A DNA stretch of 24,000 nt from Labrys okinawensis (GTDB lineage: Bacteria; Pseudomonadota; Alphaproteobacteria; Rhizobiales; Labraceae). Positions 1 to 7,563 of the stretch are shown one piece after another (position 1 is the first letter of the stretch; the number at the start of each line of letters is the position of its first letter). Location: assembly GCF_047345005.1 (NCBI RefSeq), contig NZ_CP178864.1:6935049-6959048 (forward strand), given 5' to 3'. The notes beneath the pieces are model-generated. The model was not told the origin of the DNA, did not search any database, and was given only the letters and a program-made list of their open reading frames with translations. A program made the translations under genes and the position numbers.

Positions 1-2
1 GG

Positions 3-812
3 AAGATCGAACCGCATCATATCGACAGCGTCACCGTCGGCATGCCCGGGGTGATCCATCCTCTTACGGGGGCGGTCAGCCTGGGACCGAACATTGCGGG
101 CCTGGCCGACCTCGACGTTCCCAAAGCCCTCGGTCGGCTCTTCGGCCAGGCGGTGCAAGTGGAAAACGACGTCAACCTCGCCGTGCTGGGCGAGACGTGG
201 ATGGGGCACGCCCAAGGCTGCCTGAATGTCGGCTTCCTGGCGCTGGGCACGGGCACTGGCCTCGGCCTGGTCGTCAATGGCAAGCTGGTGCGGGGCGCCA
301 GCGGCGCGGCCGGCGAGATCTCCTATCTTCCGGTGGGAGACAACCTGACTTCTCCCGCTGCCCTCGATGTTGGCGCCTTCGAACTCGAGATTGGCGCGGC
401 CGGCATCGTGGAACGCTACAAGGCCCGCGGCGGCGCGGGGGCGAAGACGGTCCGCGACATCTTTGCCCTCCTTGAAGCGGGCGACGGCCTCGCTACGAGG
501 GTTATCGACGATGTCGCCCATGTCGCGGCACTGGCCATCGTTGCCCTGCAAGCCGCGCTCGACCTCGAAAAGATCATTCTCGGCGGCAGTATCGGCGCCC
601 GGCCCGAACTGGTGCAGCGCATCCAGAAAGCGATTCCGCAGATCTTCGCGCGTCCGGTCGATATCGCTGCCAGCGCCCTCGGCAGCCGGGCAGGCTTGGT
701 CGGCGCCGTGGCGTCGGCTATGAGTAAGCTGCACCGGCAATATGCCGGTCTCACCGGCACGGCCCATGAAGATTTCTTCCCTGAACTTGATTTGGCGGGG
801 GCTGCCGAATGA
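3..812 (+). CDS. ROK family protein (sugar kinase or ROK-type regulator), 5' end cut by window edge
   Basis: The frame is open from base 3. ROK hallmarks are present: VENDVNLAVLGE and LALGTGTGLGLVVNGKLVRGASGAAGEI. The stop TGA (810-812) overlaps the next gene's ATG (809-811) as ATGA. Confidence 0.75.
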   Translation, partial: KIEPHHIDSVTVGMPGVIHPLTGAVSLGPNIAGLADLDVPKALGRLFGQAVQVENDVNLAVLGETWMGHAQGCLNVGFLALGTGTGLGLVVNGKLVRGASGAAGEISYLPVGDNLTSPAALDVGAFELEIGAAGIVERYKARGGAGAKTVRDIFALLEAGDGLATRVIDDVAHVAALAIVALQAALDLEKIILGGSIGARPELVQRIQKAIPQIFARPVDIAASALGSRAGLVGAVASAMSKLHRQYAGLTGTAHEDFFPELDLAGAAE

Positions 813-2062
813 CAATCGACACCGGCCTGATCCAAACCCTCGAGGCGGCGCTCGACAAGAACGCGGCGCTTGATCTTCTGCGCCGCGCCGTCGGTACGCC
901 GAGCATCACCGGCACCGAAGCCGCATTCGCCACCATGCTCGCGGCCGAACTGACGTCCCTGGGCGCCGAAGCCGTCACCCTCACGGAGTTCGCGCCCGGC
1001 CGTCCCAATGTCCGCGGCCTACTCAAAGGAGCGGGGTCAGGGGGGACGCTGCTGCTGACGGGGCATACGGACACAGTGCATGTGCGCGGCTGGGCGGAAC
1101 GCTGGGCGGGCACGGAGCGCGAGAGTCCTTTCGCGGCGCCGATCATCGACGGCGAGATGTGGGGCAGAGGCGTCGGTGACCTCAAGGCCGGCATCTGCAC
1201 CGTCGTGGCGGCGGCGCGCCTGCTCGCCACCGCAGGGATCAAGCCCCCGAGCGATCTGTTCTTCGCCTTCATCGGCGACGAGGAGAGTGGCGAGCCGGGA
1301 TCGGGCATCAGCGCCGGTTTCAAGGCGCTCGTCGAGGAAATCGAGGCCGGTCGCACACCCAAGCCGGATTTCGCAATCTATGTCGAGCCGACCCAGCTCA
1401 ACATCTACGCTGCCCAGCTTGGCTTCCTGATCTGCGACATCACCGTCAGCGGCCGCTCCGCCTATTTCGGCGTGCCGGAACTCGGCATTGACGCCCTGAA
1501 GGCCTCGCACGCCATCCTCTCAGCCCTGTTCGCCCATTCGGCAGAACTCGAAAGGAGGGCGCTACACGATCTGGTCGGGCATCCTTTCGTGCTCGTCACC
1601 GCCTTCGAGGGCGGGGGCTACATCGCTGTGCCCGGCGAATGCAGGATGAGCCTGATCCTGAAGCTCATTCCGGGGGAGACCCTCGACAAGGCTGTCGCCG
1701 ATCTGGAAGCCGCCGTTCGCGGTGCACCGGTCGAGGCGGGCATCTCGATCAGCCTCGCCTATCCCGCCGGCCGCGATCACGAGTTTGGCGGCACGCCAAG
1801 CGAGATCTCGCAGGACCTGCCCGCCGTGCGCCTGCTCGCGGAGGCGGTCAAGGCGGTCCGTCCCGATCGCGGCGCCATCGAGGGAGCGCCCTATTGGTCG
1901 GAAGCCCCCTTCCTGATCAATCGCCTAGGCGTCCCGGCCGTCTACTGCGCGCCAGGCGACATCCGGGTCTGCCACACGCTGGAAGAACGTATTTCGGTTG
2001 AAGAATACCTCGACGGTATCATTGTCATGGCCGCCTTCCTGGCCCGCTTCGGCGGCCGGTAG
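809..2062 (+). CDS. M20 family metallopeptidase/deacylase (ArgE/DapE/ACY1/CPG2-like)
   Basis: 417 aa. Family motifs are present: LLLTGHTDTVHV, GRGVGDLKAG and FIGDEESGEPGSG. The start is translationally coupled to the upstream ROK gene through an ATGA overlap. Confidence 0.8.
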   Translation: MTIDTGLIQTLEAALDKNAALDLLRRAVGTPSITGTEAAFATMLAAELTSLGAEAVTLTEFAPGRPNVRGLLKGAGSGGTLLLTGHTDTVHVRGWAERWAGTERESPFAAPIIDGEMWGRGVGDLKAGICTVVAAARLLATAGIKPPSDLFFAFIGDEESGEPGSGISAGFKALVEEIEAGRTPKPDFAIYVEPTQLNIYAAQLGFLICDITVSGRSAYFGVPELGIDALKASHAILSALFAHSAELERRALHDLVGHPFVLVTAFEGGGYIAVPGECRMSLILKLIPGETLDKAVADLEAAVRGAPVEAGISISLAYPAGRDHEFGGTPSEISQDLPAVRLLAEAVKAVRPDRGAIEGAPYWSEAPFLINRLGVPAVYCAPGDIRVCHTLEERISVEEYLDGIIVMAAFLARFGGR

Positions 2063-2100
2063 GGCGGGGCCGCCAAAGCCAAAGAAGAGGGACGTGGAAC

Positions 2101-3162
2101 ATGTTGAAGAAAAGCCTGTCAGCGCTTGCCATCGGCGCCTTCCTGACGATGGCCTATCCCGCTCTTGCCGGAGAAACCGTCGGACCCGGCGGCGAGAAAG
2201 CGACGCCTTCGTCCGAACTGGTCCTCTCTGACGCCGAGGCTGCCAAGCTGAAGGAGGGCAAATACACCGCAGCCCTGCTTTGGCATACCTCGTCGGATTT
2301 CGTGAACGCCGTAACGGCCGGCGCCAAGGATGAATTTGCCCGGCTCGGCATCGAGGTGGTCGCCCAGACCGATGCCGGCTTCGATGCCGCCAAGCAGAAG
2401 AGCGATGTCGAGACCATCCTCGCCAAGAAGCCAAGCGCGATCCTGGCCTTGCCGCTCGATCCCGTCACCTCGGCCGAAGCCTTCAAGCCGGCTGTGGCGA
2501 GTGGTGTGAAGATCGTATTGCTGTCCAACAAGCCCAAGGACTTCGTCCAGGGCAAGGACTATGTCACCATCGTCACGGATGATCTCTTCCAGATGGGCAA
2601 GCACGCGGCCGATGCCCTTGCCGCCTCGCTCGGCAAGAAGGGCAAGATTGCCTGGATTTATCACGACGCCTCCTATTACGTGACCAACCAGCGCGACAAC
2701 GCCTTCAAGGCGACGATCGAGTCCGACTATCCCGACATCAAGATCGTAGCGAGCCAAGGCATCTCCGACCCGGCCCGTGCCGAGGATATCGCGCAGGCGC
2801 TGATCCTCCAGCATCCCGATCTCGACGGCATCTACGTCACCTGGTCCGAACCGGCCGAAGGCGTAATCTCGGCCCTCAGGGCGGCCGGCAATACTCACAC
2901 CAAGGTGGTAACGCTCGACCTTTCCGAACCCATCGGCCTCGACATGATCAAGGGTGGCAACGTCACGGCGATCGCCGCCGACAAGGCCTATGAACTTGGA
3001 CGCGCCATGGCCGATGCGGCCGGCTACGGCCTCCTCGGCAAGCCGGCGCCTGCCTTCGTAGTGGCGCCTGTGCTGACCGTAACCAAGGACAATGTCGCTC
3101 AGGGCTGGAAGGATTCCCTGCATCGCGATGCGCCTCAGAGCATCCTCGACGCGATCAAATAA
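2101..3162 (+). CDS. ABC transporter periplasmic substrate-binding protein, sugar (ribose-binding/PBP type I) class, paralog 1
   Basis: 353 aa. Sec-type signal peptide MLKKSLSALAIGAFLTMAYPALA/GE. An AAGAGGGA ribosome-binding site lies upstream of the ATG. The body is typical of CUT2-type binding proteins and is clearly paralogous to the next gene. Confidence 0.8.
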   Translation: MLKKSLSALAIGAFLTMAYPALAGETVGPGGEKATPSSELVLSDAEAAKLKEGKYTAALLWHTSSDFVNAVTAGAKDEFARLGIEVVAQTDAGFDAAKQKSDVETILAKKPSAILALPLDPVTSAEAFKPAVASGVKIVLLSNKPKDFVQGKDYVTIVTDDLFQMGKHAADALAASLGKKGKIAWIYHDASYYVTNQRDNAFKATIESDYPDIKIVASQGISDPARAEDIAQALILQHPDLDGIYVTWSEPAEGVISALRAAGNTHTKVVTLDLSEPIGLDMIKGGNVTAIAADKAYELGRAMADAAGYGLLGKPAPAFVVAPVLTVTKDNVAQGWKDSLHRDAPQSILDAIK

Positions 3163-3200
3163 CCGCCTCCGCCGAGGAGCATGGCAGTGATCTTACAGGA

Positions 3201-3223
3201 GCGGCAGCGAAGTTCGCTGCCGC
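3201..3223 (+). other. Intergenic stem-loop between the two binding-protein genes
   Basis: GCGGCAGCG-AAGTT-CGCTGCCGC gives a perfect 9-bp GC-rich stem. There is no clear U-tract afterwards (GTTGAAACCGG). Confidence 0.4.
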
Positions 3224-3292
3224 GTTGAAACCGGCTGTTTGCGCCAGATGGCCGGGAAACGACAGGGCGAACACACCACGGGAGACCCAAGC

Positions 3293-4360
3293 ATGCTTAG
3301 CCGACGCAGTTTTCTGATTTCAACAAGTGCGATGGCCGTCTTCGCCTTCGCCGGTCCGGTCCATGCCGAGCTCAAGCCGAGCGCCGGCCCCAATGGCGAG
3401 CCCATCACGCTGGCCAAGTCGTTGACGCTTGCGCCCGAACAGGAGGCCAAGGTCAAGGCCGGCGCCTTCACGGTCGCCATCGTCTGGCACGAGTCCTCCG
3501 ACTGGTCGAAAGCCGTAATCCAGGGAGCCAGCGACGAATTTGCGCGCCTCGGCATCAAGGTCGTGGCCCAGACCGACGCGAATTTCGACGCCGCCAAGCA
3601 GAAGAGCGACGTGGAGACCGTCATGGCCAAGAAGCCGAACGCCATATTCTCGGAGCTGGTCGATCCCGACACGGCGCCTGAGGCGTTCAAGCCCGCCAAG
3701 GACATGGGCACGACCCTTGTCTTCGTCGACCAGCCGCCCAAGGACTTCAGGGCGGGTCAGGACTATGTCTGCGTCGTCTCCGATGATTTCGCCCAGATGG
3801 GCAAGCATGCTGGCGATGCGATGGGCTCCGCGCTCAACGGCCAGGGCAAGATCGCCTATGTCTATCACGACGCCAATTTCTTCGTGACCAACCAGCGCGA
3901 CAGCGCCTTCAAGCAGACCATCCTCGACGACTACAAGGGAATTCAGATCGTCACGGAACAGGGCCTGGCCGATCCCACCCGCGCCGAGGACGTCCTCAAC
4001 GCGCTCGTGACGAAACATCCCGACCTAGACGGCATCTACGCCACCTGGTCAACGCCGGCCGAAAGCGTCCTGGCGGCGCTGCGCAACGCCGGCAACACCC
4101 ACACCAGGATCGTGACCTTTGATCTCTCCGAACCCCTGGCGCTCGACATGGTGAAGGGTGGCAATGTCGCCGGCATCGTCGTCGATCAAGCCTATCAGAT
4201 CGGCCAGACCGGCGCGCGCGCCGCGGCCCTCGGTCTGATCGGGGAGAAGACGGCCCCCTATTATGCGGTGGACGCTCTGACCGTCACCAAGGCCTCGGTC
4301 AAGCAGGGATACCAGGATTCGCTCCACCGCGATCTGCCGCCCTCGATGACCGGCCAATAA
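3293..4360 (+). CDS. ABC transporter periplasmic substrate-binding protein, sugar class, paralog 2 (Tat-like signal peptide)
   Basis: The ORF track opens at 3239. The ATG at 3293 is preferred because GGGAGA lies 7-12 nt upstream and the protein then begins MLSRRSFLISTSAMAVFAFAGPVHA/E, an SRRxFL twin-arginine-like signal. It shares long identical runs with paralog 1: FDAAKQKSDVET, FVTNQRD, HPDLDGIY, AGNTHT, DSLHRD. Confidence 0.8.
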   Translation: MLSRRSFLISTSAMAVFAFAGPVHAELKPSAGPNGEPITLAKSLTLAPEQEAKVKAGAFTVAIVWHESSDWSKAVIQGASDEFARLGIKVVAQTDANFDAAKQKSDVETVMAKKPNAIFSELVDPDTAPEAFKPAKDMGTTLVFVDQPPKDFRAGQDYVCVVSDDFAQMGKHAGDAMGSALNGQGKIAYVYHDANFFVTNQRDSAFKQTILDDYKGIQIVTEQGLADPTRAEDVLNALVTKHPDLDGIYATWSTPAESVLAALRNAGNTHTRIVTFDLSEPLALDMVKGGNVAGIVVDQAYQIGQTGARAAALGLIGEKTAPYYAVDALTVTKASVKQGYQDSLHRDLPPSMTGQ

Positions 4361-4469
4361 GCTGCGGTATTTTACTGTCGGATTGCATCACCAGGACTCT
4401 GAGAATGCTTCTATCTCCAATATCCTAGTCCCGAAGATCGTTGCGACCCGAACGCATATTGCTCCGGGC

Positions 4470-4488
4470 GGCGCAGAGGATCTGCGCC
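4470..4488 (+). other. Stem-loop in the 174-bp spacer between binding-protein gene 2 and the permease gene
   Basis: G-GCGCAGA-GGA-TCTGCGC-C gives an 8-bp stem with a 3-nt loop, followed by TGCCATCTTCCATT. It could be a partial attenuator or mRNA-stability element that sets the ratio of binding protein to membrane component. Confidence 0.3.
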
Positions 4489-4534
4489 TGCCATCTTCCA
4501 TTGGCCTTTGCCATGCCGCTGCCGGGATCCACCC

Positions 4535-5479
4535 ATGCTCGCTTTTCTGCGGAACACAAATCCCAGCCGATATGTCATCTATGTCGGTTTCCTGCTGATC
4601 TTCCTGGCCTTCTCCGTCATCCTGCGTGACGATGGCTTCCTGACCACGTTCAACCTCTTCAACATCGTGCAGCAGGCGGCGCCGATCACCGTCATGGCCG
4701 TCGGCATGGTCTTCGTGCTGACCGCGGGCGAGATCGATCTCTCGATCGGGTCGATCGTCGCGGTCAGCGCCCTGCTCGCTGCCATGGTCCTGCGCAACTG
4801 GCCCTGGCCCCTCGGGGTCGCGGCGGCCCTCGCCGCCGGCGGCCTGATAGGGGCGCTGAACGGCGGCCTCGTGGCCTATGCCCGGCTGCCGTCCTTCCTG
4901 GTCACGCTGGCGACCATGGGCGTGTTCGCCGGAGTGGCGCGCCGCTTGACCGCCCTGCAGTCCGTACCGATCGAGAATGACGCCTTCAACGCCCTGTTCG
5001 GATCCGGGAGCCTATTCGGCATCCCCTCCCTCATCCTGTGGACGATCGTCGCTGTTGCCGTCGGTTCATTCGTATTCCGGCAGACCCGCTACGGTGCCCA
5101 TATCCACGCCACCGGTGATAGCGCGCGCGCCGCCCGTGCCGTCGGCATCAAGGTGCTGCGGGTGCGCTTCAGCGTGCTGGTTCTCAGCGGCATGCTAGCC
5201 GGCCTCGCGGGGATCCTCTATGCGGGCCGCCTGCATGGCGCGCGCTACACCCTCGGCGAAACCGACCTGCTCACTGTAATCGCCGCCGTCATCGTCGGAG
5301 GAACGCGTCTGAATGGCGGCATGGGGACCATCATCGGCGCGCTGATCGGTTCACTCCTGATGAGCATGCTGAACAACGGTCTCATCCTCATGGGCTACCA
5401 GCCATCGGACCAGATGATCGCCCGGGGCCTCATCATCCTCATAGCCGTCGCGCTGACCTTGCGCGAACCCAACCGCTGA
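4535..5479 (+). CDS. ABC transporter permease, RbsC/AraH (CUT2, BPD_transp_2) family
   Basis: The ORF track opens at a TTG (4508). The ATG at 4535 gives MLAFLRNTNPSRYVIYVGFLLIFLAF. The protein is highly hydrophobic and multi-spanning, with the typical LTAGEIDLSIGS and GGTRLNGGMGTIIGALIG motifs. Confidence 0.8.
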   Translation: MLAFLRNTNPSRYVIYVGFLLIFLAFSVILRDDGFLTTFNLFNIVQQAAPITVMAVGMVFVLTAGEIDLSIGSIVAVSALLAAMVLRNWPWPLGVAAALAAGGLIGALNGGLVAYARLPSFLVTLATMGVFAGVARRLTALQSVPIENDAFNALFGSGSLFGIPSLILWTIVAVAVGSFVFRQTRYGAHIHATGDSARAARAVGIKVLRVRFSVLVLSGMLAGLAGILYAGRLHGARYTLGETDLLTVIAAVIVGGTRLNGGMGTIIGALIGSLLMSMLNNGLILMGYQPSDQMIARGLIILIAVALTLREPNR

Positions 5480-5489
5480 GGAGCCGACT

Positions 5490-6683
5490 ATGTTTCTCGA
5501 CCTCATCCGCCGCCGCAATCCGGCGCTCATTGAACAGTCGATCGCCCTGCATCAGGCCGGCAAGCTGCCCGCCAACACCTATGTCATCGATCTCGACGCA
5601 GTTGAGGCCAATGCCCGCCATATCGCAGGAGTCGCCGACAAGCATGGCCTGAAGGCCTATGCCATGACCAAGCAGATGGGCCGCAACGGCTCCTTTTGCA
5701 GAGCCATCGTCAAGGGCGGCATTGCCAAATCAGTGGCCGTCGACATGGAATGCGCCCGCGCCACCCACAAGGCCGGGATGGGGCTCGGTCATCTCGGCCA
5801 TCTGGTGCAGGTTCCGCGTGCCGAGGTCGATGCGGCGGCGTCCCTGGCACCCGACAATTGGACAGTGCTCAGCCTCGAGCAGGCAGAGATGGCCGGTGCG
5901 GCAGCCCGGAAGTTCGGCCGGACCCAGAATATTCTTGTCCGCCTGGTTGCCGATGGCGACAAGTTCTACCGCTGCCAGGAGGGCGGGCTACCGGCTGCCA
6001 ATGCGGTGAGGATTGCCGACGAGATCGACGCGCTTCCAGGTGCGCAATTTGCCGGCATCACGACCTTCCCATCCCAGCTTTTCGATCACGCCACTGGCAC
6101 GGTGAAGCCGACACCCAATCTCGCCACCTTGGAGCGTGCCGCCGAGGCCCTCGCGAAGGCCGGGCGCAACAGCATCGAGATCAATACGCCCGGCACGACC
6201 TCGTCCGAGATCCTGCCTCTGCTGGCGGCTGCGGGCGCCACACAGGTCGAACCCGGCCATGGCCTCACCGGCACGACGCCGCTCCATGCAGTGCGGGACC
6301 TGCCGGAAAGGCCGGCCGTGGTCTATCTCAGCGAGGTCTCTCACCACATCGGCTCGGAATCCTTCTGCTTCGGCGGTGGGCTCTATATCGATCCGGTCTT
6401 TCCCGATTATCCCGTCAAGGCGATCGTCTCCTCCGAGCCGACCGCCGCCGAGAAGGACCTGCTCGGCGTCGAAATCCCCGTGCCGGCCTCCATCGACTAC
6501 TACGGCATGATCGATGCCCGTGTCCGCCGGCCGGCGATCGGTGATAGCGTCGTCTTCGGCTTCAGGCCGCAGGCCTTTGTCACGCGCGCCTACACGGCCG
6601 GCGTCTCCGGCCTCTCGAAGGGCAATCCCCATGTCGAAACCATCTATGATGCCTTCGGCCGCCCGGCCGACTGGCCCCTGTGA
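5490..6683 (+). CDS. YhfX-like fold-type III PLP enzyme (alanine racemase N-terminal domain family; putative amino-acid or amino-sugar racemase/lyase)
   Basis: 397 aa. The N-terminus MFLDLIRRRNPALIEQSIALHQAGKLPANTYVIDLDAVEANAR...AYAMTKQMGRN matches my recollection of E. coli YhfX and rhizobial genes annotated as alanine racemase domain proteins. A GAGGAG site lies 5 nt upstream of the ATG. The gene sits between the permease and ATPase genes with 10-bp and 9-bp gaps. Confidence 0.6.
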   Translation: MFLDLIRRRNPALIEQSIALHQAGKLPANTYVIDLDAVEANARHIAGVADKHGLKAYAMTKQMGRNGSFCRAIVKGGIAKSVAVDMECARATHKAGMGLGHLGHLVQVPRAEVDAAASLAPDNWTVLSLEQAEMAGAAARKFGRTQNILVRLVADGDKFYRCQEGGLPAANAVRIADEIDALPGAQFAGITTFPSQLFDHATGTVKPTPNLATLERAAEALAKAGRNSIEINTPGTTSSEILPLLAAAGATQVEPGHGLTGTTPLHAVRDLPERPAVVYLSEVSHHIGSESFCFGGGLYIDPVFPDYPVKAIVSSEPTAAEKDLLGVEIPVPASIDYYGMIDARVRRPAIGDSVVFGFRPQAFVTRAYTAGVSGLSKGNPHVETIYDAFGRPADWPL

Positions 6684-6692
6684 GGATCGGCC

Positions 6693-7460
6693 ATGAGCAC
6701 AGCAGCGGCAATTGCGGAAGACAGGGCCGAGCCGGTCCTCTCCCTGCAGAACATCCACATGGCCTTTGGCGGCGTCATCGCCATCGAGAAATTCAGTCTC
6801 GATATAGATGCCGGCGAGGTGGTTGCGCTGGTCGGCGATAACGGCGCCGGCAAATCCACCCTCATCAAGATCATCGCCGGCGTGCAGCAGCCGACCAGCG
6901 GCCACATCCTGGTCGATGGCAGGGAAGTGGCATTCCGGGATCCCTCCGACAGCCAGGCCCTCGGTATCCAGGTCGTCTACCAGGACCTGGCACTTGCCGA
7001 CAGCCAGCCCGTCTACATGAACATGTTCCTCGGCAAGGAACTGGTCATCGGCCCATTGCGGCGGCTCGATCGCAAGCGCATGATAGCCGAGACCGAGGCC
7101 CTGGTGAAGGAACTCGACGTCCGAATTCCCTCGGCAAAGGCGACAATCCGCGAGATGTCTGGCGGCCAACGTCAGGGCGTCGCCATCGCGAGGGCCACGC
7201 ATTGGGCCACCAAGCTCGTGCTGATGGACGAACCCACGGCGGCGCTCGGCGTGGCCGAGACGGCCAAGGTCGAGAAGATCATCGAGGGCTTGAAGGCCCG
7301 TAACCTGCCGATCCTGATCATCAGCCACAGCCTCGACCAGGTCTTCCGCCTGTCGGACCGCATCTGTGTTCTGCGGCGCGGCAAGCAGATCGGGGTACGC
7401 AAGACCAGCGAAACCGACAAGAACGAGATTGTCTCCATGATCACTGGGCTGGCGACATAA
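6693..7460 (+). CDS. ABC transporter ATP-binding protein, single nucleotide-binding domain
   Basis: 255 aa. Walker A GDNGAGKST, signature MSGGQRQ, Walker B LVLMDEPTAALG and H-loop ISHSL are all present. Confidence 0.9.
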   Translation: MSTAAAIAEDRAEPVLSLQNIHMAFGGVIAIEKFSLDIDAGEVVALVGDNGAGKSTLIKIIAGVQQPTSGHILVDGREVAFRDPSDSQALGIQVVYQDLALADSQPVYMNMFLGKELVIGPLRRLDRKRMIAETEALVKELDVRIPSAKATIREMSGGQRQGVAIARATHWATKLVLMDEPTAALGVAETAKVEKIIEGLKARNLPILIISHSLDQVFRLSDRICVLRRGKQIGVRKTSETDKNEIVSMITGLAT

Positions 7461-7563
7461 GCATCTATTTCCGACAGTTAAATATGCTCTTAATACCAGT
7501 ACGTTAGTGCCAAAAATCCGCTCCCACCTGAACGCATTCCAGGGTCCATGGCGTAAGGCAGGT

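Noticed and set aside
5988-7328. 446-aa ORF on the minus strand spanning the YhfX-like/ATPase junction
   Set aside because: It is antisense to two genes with unambiguous family motifs. Its translation is Arg/Gly/Asp/Ala-rich low-complexity sequence typical of shadow frames in high-GC DNA. It has no recognisable domain motif or ribosome-binding site.
7461-7563. AT-rich 103-bp spacer between the convergent ATPase and ThrE-like genes, as a possible bidirectional terminator
   Set aside because: Only weak structures are present. One is an AT-rich stem, GCATCTATTT...AAATATGC. The other is a 6-bp stem, CCTGGA/TTCAGG, with a T-run 10 nt away on the minus strand. This is not convincing enough to call.
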